A DNA stretch of 35,565 bases from an uncultured Thiotrichaceae bacterium (GCA_964425515.1 CAYRNH010000001.1:1-35565); one strand, 5' to 3'; counted from the first letter of the stretch, positions 1 to 9,420 are shown. A program made the numbers and translations. The notes: generated from the sequence alone by a model not told the origin.

Positions 1-532
1 TGGCCATGACCTTGATGCGCGAAATTACCAGTGGCGCAATATTGCCGGGTGGTTTGAGAATTTCGCGCAGCATGCCATCGACGCGAAAGCGTACGCGCAT
101 GCTGTTCTCAAACGGTTCGACATGAACGTCGGAAGCATTGACCTTGATGGCTTCGGTGAGCAGTGCATTGATCAGACGAATTATCGGGGCATCGTCTTCC
201 GCTTCCATTAAATCTTCGGGTTCGAGTGTTTGCGCTAGCTGATCGAGATCGAGTTCGTCACCGACGCCTTCCATCATCGCCATTGCCTGGTCGCTGCCCT
301 GCTCGTAAGTCTGGGCAAGCAGCGCAGCAAACTGTTCGTCGCTGGTTGAATTTAAACTTAAACGTCTTCCGGTTACGCGGCGGACTTCGGCGAGTACCCT
401 GGGGCTTAGATTTTTGCGTGTTAGCAGATGAACCTGATCTGCTTCGATCTGGCTGATGAGAATGCCGTGACGTTTGGCAAAAGCATAGGGTAGACACTGT
501 GGTGTGAGCGCGGGCGTTTGTTGTTGCTCCAT
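1..532 (-). CDS. gspE: Type II secretion ATPase GspE, N-terminal part (3' end lies beyond the window edge)
   Basis: Not in the ORF track because it runs off the window edge. The minus-strand translation from ATG 532-530 reads MEQQQTPALTPQCLPYAFAKRHGILI...DDAPIIRLINALLTEAIKVNASDVHVEPFENSMRVRFRVDGMLREI, typical of the GspE N-terminal domains. It starts 17 nt after the gspD stop, in the order gspC-D-E. Confidence 0.85.
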   Translation of the reverse strand, partial: MEQQQTPALTPQCLPYAFAKRHGILISQIEADQVHLLTRKNLSPRVLAEVRRVTGRRLSLNSTSDEQFAALLAQTYEQGSDQAMAMMEGVGDELDLDQLAQTLEPEDLMEAEDDAPIIRLINALLTEAIKVNASDVHVEPFENSMRVRFRVDGMLREILKPPGNIAPLVISRIKVMA

Positions 533-549
533 AGGGTCAAGGTTCATGC

Positions 550-2739
550 TTACATGTCGTTCCAGACATCATCGTCTGGTTTGGAGGATTTATCGCTCGT
601 TGGTTTTTTGTCTTCTTTTTTGTTTTCAGTTTTTTCTGTTTCGGGAGCAGCGGCCGGCGCAGGCTTTTTAGCTTTGGGATTTTCTGTGTTGGGTGCTGCA
701 GGTTGTTGTGTTTCTCCCAGTGGTTTGCGCTCGTCCAGTTGTGTACGTTTAGGGTAAGGGGGCATTACAGCTGGTCTTTTATTGAGCAGCCCATAACCGC
801 TATCGTATTTTTTGCTGAGCTGCATCTGGCGTATATAGTCGTATTTCTGGTTGGTGACCAGAGCGGCATCTTTATAATCGCGCAGGATGCTAGGGCGCAG
901 GAAGACCATCAGGTTTTGTTTCTCTTTGGTGGTGTCTTCCGACGTAAACAGTTTGCCGAGCAAAGGGATATCGCCAAGTAAAGGGACTTTGGTTACCGTA
1001 TCGTTTGCGGTTTCCTGGATCAGTCCTCCGAGTACCAGTATGCCGCCATCATCGACCAGCACGCTGGTTTTGATCGAACGTTTGCGCGTGGTCGGCCCAG
1101 AGGTTGCGCTGGTGCTGGCGACACTTGAGGTTTCCTGTTCCAGATCGAGTTTGATGGTGTCGCCTTCATTGATCTGCGGGGTGACTTTCAAGGTGAGGCC
1201 CACGTCCTGTCGCTGTATAGTCTGAAACGGGTTCGTACCGCTTGTCCCTGCGTTGGTGTAGGTGCCAGTAACGAAAGGTACGTTTTCACCGACCACGATT
1301 TTCGCTTCCTGATTATCGAGCGTGACGATGCTGGGAGTGGAGAGGATGTTGGTGGCTGCATTTGAAGCCAGGGCGTGTAACAGCAGGGCGTAGCGTGTGC
1401 CATTATTCAGCGTTCTCCCGCCCGCCAGGGTTAGACCAGGTCCTATAGCCGAGCCGACGCCAGTGCTACCCCCGGTGCTGGCTGCGGCAAGACTACCGAG
1501 TATGTTGCCAATACCCGCGAGGTTACTGATACCGATGGGTATATTTTTGCCAGTGGTCTGGCTGCCATCGACGGCTACGCCAACGCCAATGTTTTTATCC
1601 AGATTGGTTGAGATTTCGGCGATGATGGCTTCGATCAGCACCTGGGCGCGGCGGATGTCGAGTTGGCGGATTACCGCCTTGAGGTTTTGTGTCGTGTTCG
1701 GGTCCGCGGTGATGATCAGAGCATTGGTATCCGGGTCTGCCTGGATAGTTGCATCGCCCGCGAGGGAACTGCCATTTTGTGCGGAGGCAACCCGGCGCAC
1801 TACTTTTCCCGCTGAATTGGCGCCACTGGCTTTATTGTCGCTTTGCGCAACGCCCGTGAGAATTTTGACGAGGTCTTCGGCTTTGGCGTATTTCAGATAA
1901 ATCACGTTGGTGTTGCCGCCATCGTTCAGCGGGGTATCCAGGTGCAGGATGGTGGCGCGGGCTCTCAGTCGCGCGCTGCGATCGCCGGTCATCAAAATGC
2001 TATTGGTGCGGTCATCGGCCGCCAGTACCAGCTTGGACGGGTCGTTTTTACTCGTACCCTGACCCAGCGCATTGAGAATACGCACCAGCTCGGAAGCCGA
2101 TGCGTATTTAAGCTGGACGATTTCGACCTGATCGCTGTCTTTGAGGTCAACGCCCTGTATGATTTTTTGCAGGCGTTCTACATTAGCTTCATGGTCGGTG
2201 ATGATCAGCGTATTGGTCGGCGCGTAGGCAGCGAGATGTCCCTGTTGCGGCACCAGTGGCCTCAGGATAGGCACCAGTTGCGCGGCAGGTACATGGTCGA
2301 GATGGATGACCTTGGTGACCAGCTCATCGCCCGGGACATTTCTGTCATTAGTGATGATCGGCGTCGGCCCTTGCTTGGCATTGATTTCGGGTACGATCTT
2401 GATTACCGAGTCGGTAGGTACCGCTGCAAAGCCGTGTACCTGCAGCACGGAAAGAAATACTTCGTAGACTTCTTTCGGAGTCATGCTGTTGGCCGAAATC
2501 ACGGTCACTTTGGCTTTGACGCGCGGGTCGATAATAAAGTTTTTGCCGGTAAATTTTGAAACTGTGCTGATCAGCGCCCGGATATCAGCATCTTTGAGAT
2601 TGAGGGTGATGCGATCCGCCGCGTACAACTGACAGCTGAAGCTGAGCAGGAATAACAGCGACAACAGCAGTGGTATGCGCGATTTTCTGCTAGAGCCGCT
2701 GTACGAGGTTTCTGCCAGTGGCGCTTTTTTAGTTAACAT
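550..2739 (-). CDS. gspD: Type II secretion outer-membrane secretin GspD
   Basis: 729 aa with an N-terminal signal peptide. Secretin core motifs are present (LSTPSIVTLDNQEAKIVVGENVPFVTG; VPLLGDIPLLGKLF). ATG start. It sits between gspC and gspE. Confidence 0.93.
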   Translation of the reverse strand: MLTKKAPLAETSYSGSSRKSRIPLLLSLLFLLSFSCQLYAADRITLNLKDADIRALISTVSKFTGKNFIIDPRVKAKVTVISANSMTPKEVYEVFLSVLQVHGFAAVPTDSVIKIVPEINAKQGPTPIITNDRNVPGDELVTKVIHLDHVPAAQLVPILRPLVPQQGHLAAYAPTNTLIITDHEANVERLQKIIQGVDLKDSDQVEIVQLKYASASELVRILNALGQGTSKNDPSKLVLAADDRTNSILMTGDRSARLRARATILHLDTPLNDGGNTNVIYLKYAKAEDLVKILTGVAQSDNKASGANSAGKVVRRVASAQNGSSLAGDATIQADPDTNALIITADPNTTQNLKAVIRQLDIRRAQVLIEAIIAEISTNLDKNIGVGVAVDGSQTTGKNIPIGISNLAGIGNILGSLAAASTGGSTGVGSAIGPGLTLAGGRTLNNGTRYALLLHALASNAATNILSTPSIVTLDNQEAKIVVGENVPFVTGTYTNAGTSGTNPFQTIQRQDVGLTLKVTPQINEGDTIKLDLEQETSSVASTSATSGPTTRKRSIKTSVLVDDGGILVLGGLIQETANDTVTKVPLLGDIPLLGKLFTSEDTTKEKQNLMVFLRPSILRDYKDAALVTNQKYDYIRQMQLSKKYDSGYGLLNKRPAVMPPYPKRTQLDERKPLGETQQPAAPNTENPKAKKPAPAAAPETEKTENKKEDKKPTSDKSSKPDDDVWNDM

Positions 2740-2775
2740 TCAAGGTAATCCATTAAAAACTGTGGCTGATTATAC

Positions 2776-3636
2776 TCAATGTAGCTGAATAGTTAATGGC
2801 ACTTCAGCGCCATTTCGCTTCACAGTGATGTTGATACTCTGCGCCGTGCTGAGCTGGCGCAGTGCGTTGATGCCATTGCGCGGGTCGTCCATTTTGATAC
2901 CGTTGATCGAGGTGATGATATCGTTAGGTTCGAGCCCGATCTCGCGGAGCAGTTCCTTGCCCCTGGCCTGCGCCTGCAGGCGATAACCGATCTGTTTGCC
3001 GTTTTCTCTGATCACCATGGGCAGTGCATAATCGCCGAACGATGTCGGATTTCGCAGTATGGTTCTGCGTATCTGGCCGAGCGTAGCCCCTGGATCGTTG
3101 CTGTTATATTGGCTTGTGCCAGTATTATTATGAGGCAGGTCTAGTGGCTTATCTTTGACCAGTTTGAGTATTTCCAGCTGGCCGCTACGTTCCAGAATGA
3201 TATTATCCGGGTGCACTTCGCGCAAGGTGGCATTGCCCGGCAGGGAGTCACCGATGCCGTAGATTTCTTCATTGGCATTTTTGCCGCTGGCGATGATGGC
3301 AATGGCATATTTAGGATCCGAAGCTGCGAACACGCCGCGCAGGGTCAGGTTGAGCCGGGTGACGGTGGCGACTTTTGCGGTATCGACAGCCGCTTTCTCA
3401 GCATTGCCAAACAGATGCGCCATGGCGAGCTGGCCTATATTGCTGTGCTGTGTTGGTGTCAGCGAGGGTCTGTTTATATTTGCCGGGGCGAGCGTTGCAA
3501 CGCCTGTGTCACCGGCTGGAACCAGCATCCAGGTTAGCTGTGCCAGGCTGTAGGCGCAGGCGATTACCAGAATAAAACTGATCACAGTAGCGCTGTGCTG
3601 GGGCAGAGTTTGCAGATTTATTGCGGGTTTCAGCAC
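2776..3636 (-). CDS. gspC: Type II secretion protein GspC (N-terminal TM helix, C-terminal PDZ-like domain)
   Basis: 286 aa with one TM segment (VISFILVIACAYSLAQLTWMLV) and a PDZ-like C-terminus (GLEPNDIITSINGIKMDD...ITVKRNGAEVPL). It lies immediately upstream of gspD. The start at 3636 is GTG with no obvious SD, so the exact start is uncertain. Confidence 0.8.
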   Translation of the reverse strand: MLKPAINLQTLPQHSATVISFILVIACAYSLAQLTWMLVPAGDTGVATLAPANINRPSLTPTQHSNIGQLAMAHLFGNAEKAAVDTAKVATVTRLNLTLRGVFAASDPKYAIAIIASGKNANEEIYGIGDSLPGNATLREVHPDNIILERSGQLEILKLVKDKPLDLPHNNTGTSQYNSNDPGATLGQIRRTILRNPTSFGDYALPMVIRENGKQIGYRLQAQARGKELLREIGLEPNDIITSINGIKMDDPRNGINALRQLSTAQSINITVKRNGAEVPLTIQLH

Positions 3637-3712
3637 AGAGGAAGGCGCAGCGTATGGTTATTGGTAGAAGCTGAATTCTAGCAGGCCGCGTTGATTGTTG
3701 CAGGCTGGATAC

Positions 3713-3976
3713 GTACTCCTTCAATATGATAATGATGGGTTCAGTTGGTCTGTCAGCGTCCAGAGCAAGGCACGCCTCGCAGGGAATGGCCCGGTCCTTT
3801 CCAAGAGGCGTAACGCCGCCATGGGCGCTGACAGGCCAACCCTTCGGGCGCTCCTGTGGTGTCCCGCAACTGCGTTGCTGCGCTTGACAAGGACTATGGC
3901 CATTGCCTGCGCACACCGCCTTGTTGCGAAACACCACAGGAACGCTGAACCCCTCATTATCATATTGAAGGAGTAC
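3713..3976. repeat. 264-bp nested inverted-repeat element (MITE-like / ERIC-like palindromic unit, or a highly structured RNA)
   Basis: The 32-nt termini 3713-3744 and 3945-3976 are reverse complements (31/32). Two internal long hairpins are present: 3745-3758 pairs with 3826-3839, and 3848-3870 pairs with 3923-3945. The ORFs predicted here are palindrome artefacts. Confidence 0.6.
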
Positions 3977-3983
3977 TAGCCAC

Positions 3984-4598
3984 TTAGCTCGCGGTCTGGC
4001 GGCAAAAACGGTATATCGCTATTTCGCCGAATAAGTTGGGAAACAGGCTCATCAGCAGAGTGCTGTGGCTGTGGGTGTGGTCGACCACGGTGCGCTGCAG
4101 GATTTGAATACCGCGTTCATGGCAGAGCTGTTCGAAATCGCGCAAGGTGCACAGATGCACGTTCGGTGTGTTGTACCACTGGTTGGGCAGGCTCTTGGTC
4201 ACCGGCATATAGCCGCCGAGGCCGAGCTGAGCGCGCGCGCGCCAGTGCGCCATATTGGGGAAAGTGACGATGGCTTCGTGGCCGACGCGCAGCATTTCAT
4301 CAATTAACAAATCCGGGTGGGCGGTGGCCTGCAGGGTCTGGCTCATCACCACATAGTCAAAGCTGTTGTCAGAAAAATAATCTTGCAGGCCATTATTTAG
4401 ATCGGTCTGGATAACATTGATCTGTTCTGCCACACAGATCTCCAGATTGGTTTCGCTGATTTCCATACCATAGCCGTTGACCTGGCGCTGGTCGCGCAGA
4501 TGTTTCAGCAGTGTGCCGTCACCACAACCGAGGTCGAGCACACTGGCGCCGGGCTGTATCCAGTTGGCAATGATAGCGAGATCGGCGCGCAACATCAC
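3984..4598 (-). CDS. metW: Methionine biosynthesis protein MetW
   Basis: 204 aa with a methyltransferase-fold motif ([12 protein letters not shown]). It has a 4-nt overlap with the upstream metX, the classic metXW pair. Confidence 0.9.
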   Translation of the reverse strand: MMLRADLAIIANWIQPGASVLDLGCGDGTLLKHLRDQRQVNGYGMEISETNLEICVAEQINVIQTDLNNGLQDYFSDNSFDYVVMSQTLQATAHPDLLIDEMLRVGHEAIVTFPNMAHWRARAQLGLGGYMPVTKSLPNQWYNTPNVHLCTLRDFEQLCHERGIQILQRTVVDHTHSHSTLLMSLFPNLFGEIAIYRFCRQTAS

Positions 4599-5737
4599 AA
4601 AGCCGCCGCTATGGTTTTCATATAACTACTAAATACTTTCATGTAATGCGGAATCGGTACCAGAAAGGCATCGTGTCCATGATGTGCTTCGATTTCGACA
4701 TAACTGACCTGTTTTCTCGCGGCCAGCAGCGCTTTGACGATTTCGCGCGAACGTTCGGGCGAGAACCGCCAGTCAGAGGTAAACGAGATTACAAAGAATT
4801 TTGCGCTGGCGCGTTCCATAGCGGTGACCAGATTGTCATCGTAGTCGCGCGCCGGATCGAAATAATCCAGGGTCTTGGTCATCAATAAATAAGTGTTCGC
4901 GTCAAAACGTTCGACAAAAGATTTGCCCTGGTAGCGCAGATAGCTTTCCACCTGAAAATCCACATCAAAACCAAAACTGAGCTTGCCTTCGCGCAGTTCG
5001 CGGCCAAATTTTTCGCGCATGGCATTATCGGATAGATAAGTAATGTGTCCGAGCATGCGCGCCAGCATCAGACCACGACGCGGAACGCTATCGTGATCCA
5101 GATAATGACCCTCGTTAAAATCCGGGTCAGCTTGTATCGCCTGCCGCGCGACTTCGTTGAAAGCGATATTCTGTGCCGACAGTTTGGGGGCGGCTGCTAT
5201 CACCAGTGCATGTTTGATCTGCTCGGGATATTCGATTGACCATTGCAGTACCTGCATACCCCCGAGGCTGCCGCCGATGACTGCGCACCAGCTTTCCAGG
5301 CCCAGGCTTTTCATCAGGCGCTGCTGGCTGTTGACCCAGTCGCGCACCGTTATGATCGGGAAATCGGGCCCCCAGTATTTATCGCTACCCGGTTTTCTGG
5401 TGTTGGGGCCGGTGCTGCCCTTGCAGCCGCCGAGATTATTCAGACTGACCACAAAAAAATGCCGGGTGTCGATCGCTTTGCCGGGGCCAATCGCAGAATC
5501 CCACCAGCCGGGTTTTCTGTCATCCATCGAATAATAACCGGCGGCGTGCTGGTCTCCCGAAAGCGCATGGCAGATCAGCACTGCATTGCTACGCTCAGCA
5601 TTGAGTTCGCCGTAGGTTTCGTAGGCGATATCGTACTGCTCCAGCGTTTTTCCGCACTCGAGCAACAGCGGTTCGGCGAAATGCTGTGATTGCGGAATAA
5701 TAATTCCGACAGAATCCGGACTCAGGGTTTCAGGCAT
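4595..5737 (-). CDS. metX: Homoserine O-acyltransferase MetX (alpha/beta hydrolase)
   Basis: 380 aa with the nucleophile elbow GGSLGGMQ and the conserved LICHALSGD and ISFTSDWRF regions of the MetX family. Confidence 0.93.
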   Translation of the reverse strand: MPETLSPDSVGIIIPQSQHFAEPLLLECGKTLEQYDIAYETYGELNAERSNAVLICHALSGDQHAAGYYSMDDRKPGWWDSAIGPGKAIDTRHFFVVSLNNLGGCKGSTGPNTRKPGSDKYWGPDFPIITVRDWVNSQQRLMKSLGLESWCAVIGGSLGGMQVLQWSIEYPEQIKHALVIAAAPKLSAQNIAFNEVARQAIQADPDFNEGHYLDHDSVPRRGLMLARMLGHITYLSDNAMREKFGRELREGKLSFGFDVDFQVESYLRYQGKSFVERFDANTYLLMTKTLDYFDPARDYDDNLVTAMERASAKFFVISFTSDWRFSPERSREIVKALLAARKQVSYVEIEAHHGHDAFLVPIPHYMKVFSSYMKTIAAAL

Positions 5738-5805
5738 GATCGATTGTTTAGCTATTTGTGCGCAGTCTAATCACAGGCTATGGTGATGGCAATGATAACA
5801 GTCAT

Positions 5806-6429
5806 TTACTCTGCCTGATCTGTCAGCAGGTTCGGGTTTTTACCTTCGGCAAGCTGTTGTCGCCAGTGTTCCAGTCGGTCTCGGTCATGCGGCCAGAGTC
5901 GGGTGCAGTCCTGCAGATACTGGCTGACAGTCTCGCGCTGGTGTTGTGCGAGCAGATCGCTGGCCAGCTGTAGATCAGCACCGCGATCATCGAGTATTTT
6001 TGAATACGGCACCTTGCCTGCTGCCAGCAAAAACTGTTTTGCGCTAGCGATATCATTTTTTAACAGTGCGGTGCGACCCAGAATGATATTGGCGTTGTGC
6101 ACAGCGGAAGAATAATTCCAGTCATCCTGAAATTTTGGTGCGAGTGCGATTAACTCCTGTGCATAGGCTGTGGCCTGGTCGTATTGATTGAGGTCGAACG
6201 CGGTTTTGGCGGCCGTATCGAGCAATATGTATCGCTGATAGGTGCCGGCCTGGGCGAGCAGGTCTTTGAGTTTTTGCAGACGCAGGGTCAGCGCCTGCTC
6301 GTGCGTGGCGGTGTCGGGCAGTCGGCTGTAGTCTGCTTCGGTGGCGGCAATACAGGTCGCCGAGATCAGCAGCAATAAACAAGTGGCTATTATGCGCGAT
6401 TGAAAATGAGCACCTGTGCGCCTGTGCAT
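5806..6429 (-). CDS. Hypothetical secreted/periplasmic helical-repeat protein
   Basis: The ORF track starts at GTG 6441. ATG 6429 is preceded by GGAGA at good spacing and gives MHRRTGAHFQSRIIATCLLLLISATCIAA, a signal-peptide-like N-terminus. The rest is alpha-helical, TPR-like low-similarity sequence. No family recognised. Confidence 0.6.
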   Translation of the reverse strand: MHRRTGAHFQSRIIATCLLLLISATCIAATEADYSRLPDTATHEQALTLRLQKLKDLLAQAGTYQRYILLDTAAKTAFDLNQYDQATAYAQELIALAPKFQDDWNYSSAVHNANIILGRTALLKNDIASAKQFLLAAGKVPYSKILDDRGADLQLASDLLAQHQRETVSQYLQDCTRLWPHDRDRLEHWRQQLAEGKNPNLLTDQAE

Positions 6430-6444
6430 GTCAGTCTCCACAAA

Positions 6445-6750
6445 TCATCTGGTTTTATTATACTCGTGCTGTGCGCTCGAGATAGACTCGGGTAGCCGCC
6501 GTGGCTGCTGGATGCGCACGCGCTTGTGGCGACTTTTCTCGCCAGCGAGCAGGCTGATCGCTGACTTGGCCACGCCAAAGTGTTTTGCCAGATACTCGAC
6601 CAATTGTTGATTGGCCGCGCCGTCGACCGGTGCCGAGGTCAGCCTGAGTTTTATTTCTTCACCGATGACTTCGGCCAGTGCGGTTTTGCTGGCACGCGGC
6701 TGAACCCGAATGTTCAGGATCAGATCAGTCTTGTCCCAGTGGTAAAACAA
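6445..6750 (-). CDS. yggU: DUF167 / YggU family protein
   Basis: 101 aa with the YggU-like core NIRVQPRASKTALAEV...LRLTSAPVDGAANQQLVEYLAKHFGV. It lies downstream of yggT, as in many gammaproteobacteria. Confidence 0.8.
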   Translation of the reverse strand: MFYHWDKTDLILNIRVQPRASKTALAEVIGEEIKLRLTSAPVDGAANQQLVEYLAKHFGVAKSAISLLAGEKSRHKRVRIQQPRRLPESISSAQHEYNKTR

Positions 6751-6755
6751 GGCGC

Positions 6756-7307
6756 TCAGATCATCTGAAACAGATACAGCACAACACTCTTGGCAAACAT
6801 CAGCGCGATCAGTGCCACCATTGGTGAAAGATCGATACCACTGATCGGCTTGATCAGCTGCTGGAACGGGCGCAATACCGGATAAGTCAGGCTGGACAAA
6901 AGTGCCGTAACCGGGTGGTAAGGATCGGGGCTGACCCAGCTCAGAATCGCCTGGACAAAAATAGCGAACATGAAAATATTGATCAGCAGCAGAATCAGCT
7001 CCTGCAGTGCGGTGAGTATAAGAATGACCGCATTCAGTGAAAGGCCTGCCAGGCTATAAATCACCACAATTTTAACAATGATTAAGGCCAGCACCAGAAA
7101 CAGAGTGGCAAGATCGTAGCCACGAAAACCCGGAATAATCTTTCTTGCCGGCATCACTACTGGATTGGTCAGCTTGACGATGAACTGCGAGATCGGGTTA
7201 TAAAAATCAGCTCGCACCTGCTGCAACAGAAAACGTAGCATCAACAACGAGGTGTAGATATCAACCAGGGTACGGATCAAAAAGAATAGTGGGTTTTCAG
7301 CGCTCAT
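6756..7307 (-). CDS. yggT: YggT family integral membrane protein
   Basis: 183 aa with several hydrophobic helices. It has a 4-nt overlap with proC, the conserved proC-yggT-yggU order. Confidence 0.8.
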   Translation of the reverse strand: MSAENPLFFLIRTLVDIYTSLLMLRFLLQQVRADFYNPISQFIVKLTNPVVMPARKIIPGFRGYDLATLFLVLALIIVKIVVIYSLAGLSLNAVILILTALQELILLLINIFMFAIFVQAILSWVSPDPYHPVTALLSSLTYPVLRPFQQLIKPISGIDLSPMVALIALMFAKSVVLYLFQMI

Positions 7308-8128
7308 GCGGAATCCTTGCCAAGTTCTTTGGCGAGTTTATGTGACTGGGTACAGGCGGCTTCGAGCGCCTGCTGGACGATTTTATGGAAACCGGCATTT
7401 TCAAAACTGAGGATGGCCTGTTCGGTGGTGCCGCCTTTTGAAGTGACCCGAGCGCGCAGGGTCGCAGCATCGACATCGCTCTGGCTGGCCATGCGCGCGG
7501 CGCCGAGCGCAGTTTGCAGGGTGAGAACGCGCGCGGTGTCAGCGTTCAGCCCCAGGGCCTCGCCCGCAGCCTGCATTGCTTCCATCAGCAAAAAGAAATA
7601 CGCAGGTCCGCTGCCCGAAACCGCGGTGACCGCGTCGAGCTGGTCTTCATCTTCAATCCAGAGGGCAATCCCGACCGCTTGCAAAATGTGCTCGGCAAGC
7701 TGCTTTTGTGTGGACGAGACCCGGGCGTTTGCTACCAGCGCGGTGGCGCCACACTGCACCAGTGCCGGGGTATTGGGCATGCAGCGCACAATAGCGCATT
7801 CCCCGCCCAGCCAGCGTTCGATATCCTCGCTGCGCACACCGGCTGCGATCGAAATGAATAAGGGTGTCTGTGTTCCGACATGCTCTGCCAGCTCGCGGCA
7901 CACGCTTTGCAGCAGCTGCGGTTTGACCGCGAGCACGATCACATCGGCCGCGAGCGCAGCCTGATTGTCAGTACTGGCCTGAACGCCGAACTGCTGTTCG
8001 AGCTCACGGCATTTTGTCGGGTCAGGCTCGGTGACCCGTATCTGCGCGGTTTTGTCCGCAGCCAGCAGCCCGCCAACCAGGCTGGTTGTCATATTGCCGC
8101 CACCGATGAAAGCTATTTTTGAACTCAT
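7304..8128 (-). CDS. proC: Pyrroline-5-carboxylate reductase
   Basis: 274 aa with an N-terminal Rossmann motif (IAFIGGGNM) and the C-terminal P5CR signature region (VTSKGGTTEQA). Confidence 0.92.
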   Translation of the reverse strand: MSSKIAFIGGGNMTTSLVGGLLAADKTAQIRVTEPDPTKCRELEQQFGVQASTDNQAALAADVIVLAVKPQLLQSVCRELAEHVGTQTPLFISIAAGVRSEDIERWLGGECAIVRCMPNTPALVQCGATALVANARVSSTQKQLAEHILQAVGIALWIEDEDQLDAVTAVSGSGPAYFFLLMEAMQAAGEALGLNADTARVLTLQTALGAARMASQSDVDAATLRARVTSKGGTTEQAILSFENAGFHKIVQQALEAACTQSHKLAKELGKDSA

Positions 8129-8323
8129 TTTCCTGCCCTGAACAAAACTGCAAAAAGTCTATCACAGCATGGCTTTAGCATGACGCTGAATAAAAAAGTC
8201 GCGGCAATCAGCCGAATTAGCTGAAGCCAGACACATTTTTGACTATAACTAGTCGAATAACTTAAACCTGCACTTACTCACCATATGTGTGATCTGCGGG
8301 CAGCGACACATCGGGGGAATTTA

Positions 8324-9361
8324 ATGGATATTGCGCAACTACTGGCCTTCAGCGTCAAGAACGGGGCCTCTGACTTACACCTTTCTGCAGGCCTGCCACC
8401 GATGATTCGTGTCGATGGCGATGTGCGCCGTATCAATGTCGATCCCATGAATCACGAGATGGTCCACGGCATGGTGTACGACATCATGAACGACAAGCAG
8501 CGTAAAACCTTTGAAGAATACTGGGAAACTGACTTTTCGTTTGAAATTCCCGGGCTCGCTCGTTTTCGTGTCAATGCTTTTAATCATAACCGTGGTGCGG
8601 GTGCGGTGTTTCGTACCATTCCTTCGAAAATTCTGACCCTGGAAGAACTGGGGGCGCCGAAAATTTTTGAAAGTATCGCCAATACGCCACGCGGTATTGT
8701 GCTGGTCACCGGGCCGACCGGTTCGGGTAAGTCGACCACGCTCGCAGGCATGGTGAACTATGTCAACGAAAACCATTACGGTCATATTCTGACTATTGAG
8801 GATCCGATCGAGTTTGTTCACGAAAGTAAAAAATGTCTGATCAACCAGCGTGAAGTACATCGTGATACGCTGGGTTTTAGTGAAGCGCTGCGTTCCGCAC
8901 TGCGTGAAGACCCGGATGTGATTCTGGTCGGCGAAATGCGTGACCTTGAAACTATTCGTCTGGCGCTGTCGGCAGCGGAAACCGGGCATCTGGTGTTCGG
9001 TACTTTGCATACCAGTTCAGCGGCCAAGACTATCGACCGTGTGGTCGACGTGTTCCCGGCAGCGGAAAAAGAAATGGTGCGTGCGATGATGTCGGAGTCG
9101 TTGCGTGCGGTAATCTCGCAGACGCTGATGAAAAAAATTGGCGGTGGCCGTATTGCGGCACACGAAATTATGATCGGCACACCTGCGATTCGAAATCTGA
9201 TACGTGAAAACAAAATTGCGCAGATGTATTCGGCGATTCAGACAGGCCAGGGAATTGGTATGCAAACGCTTGATCAGAATCTCGCGGATTTGCTTTCTCG
9301 TGGTCTGGTGAGCAAGGAAGAAGTTCGTAAGAAAGCTGCCAACAAAGATTCATTCAATTAA
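8324..9361 (+). CDS. pilT: Type IV pilus retraction ATPase PilT
   Basis: Walker A GPTGSGKST, Walker B ILVGEMRD, His box TGHLVFGTLHT, and the PilT-specific AIRNLIRE motif (GTPAIRNLIRENK). I prefer ATG 8324 (MDIAQLL..., preceded by GGGGGA) over the track start at 8285, because it gives the usual PilT length of about 345 aa. Confidence 0.93.
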   Translation: MDIAQLLAFSVKNGASDLHLSAGLPPMIRVDGDVRRINVDPMNHEMVHGMVYDIMNDKQRKTFEEYWETDFSFEIPGLARFRVNAFNHNRGAGAVFRTIPSKILTLEELGAPKIFESIANTPRGIVLVTGPTGSGKSTTLAGMVNYVNENHYGHILTIEDPIEFVHESKKCLINQREVHRDTLGFSEALRSALREDPDVILVGEMRDLETIRLALSAAETGHLVFGTLHTSSAAKTIDRVVDVFPAAEKEMVRAMMSESLRAVISQTLMKKIGGGRIAAHEIMIGTPAIRNLIRENKIAQMYSAIQTGQGIGMQTLDQNLADLLSRGLVSKEEVRKKAANKDSFN

Positions 9362-9420
9362 TTCAGTTGTCAGAATAAAACTTATTCGCTCTGACATATA
9401 TAAATTCTAGAGGTAGTTAG

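Noticed and set aside
3778-3872. Cobalamin-riboswitch-like fragments on the plus strand (AGGGAA…GGTCC, GCTGAC, CCCGCAACTG).
   Set aside because: The spacing between the GCTG and CCCGCAAC elements is about 40 nt instead of a few. There is no recognisable B12 box. The helices are far longer and more perfect than in riboswitches. No plus-strand gene lies downstream, because the next gene is the 3' end of the minus-strand metW.
3727-3965. Each terminal repeat of the 3713-3976 element contains GATAATGAT or ATCATTATC, identical to one half of the 19-bp Fur-box consensus GATAATGATAATCATTATC.
   Set aside because: The two halves are about 220 bp apart, and neither repeat alone forms a 7-1-7 Fur site. 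This is most likely a chance resemblance in an AT-rich repeat terminus.
3509-3979. Track ORFs inside the metW-gspC spacer (3695-3979 plus strand 94 aa; 3721-3963 minus strand 80 aa; 3509-3937 minus strand 142 aa).
   Set aside because: They lie in the nested palindrome. Their termini mirror each other (…LLQYDNDG… and …LIIILKEY) because of the inverted repeats. They have no SD, are Arg/Ala/Cys-rich nonsense, and one overlaps the gspC start. They are treated as artefacts of the repeat.
8285-8323. A 13-codon upstream extension of pilT (MCDLRAATHRGNL) given by the ORF track.
   Set aside because: PilT proteins start at the MDIxxLL motif. ATG 8324 has a GGGGGA ribosome-binding site, and the extension has no homology.
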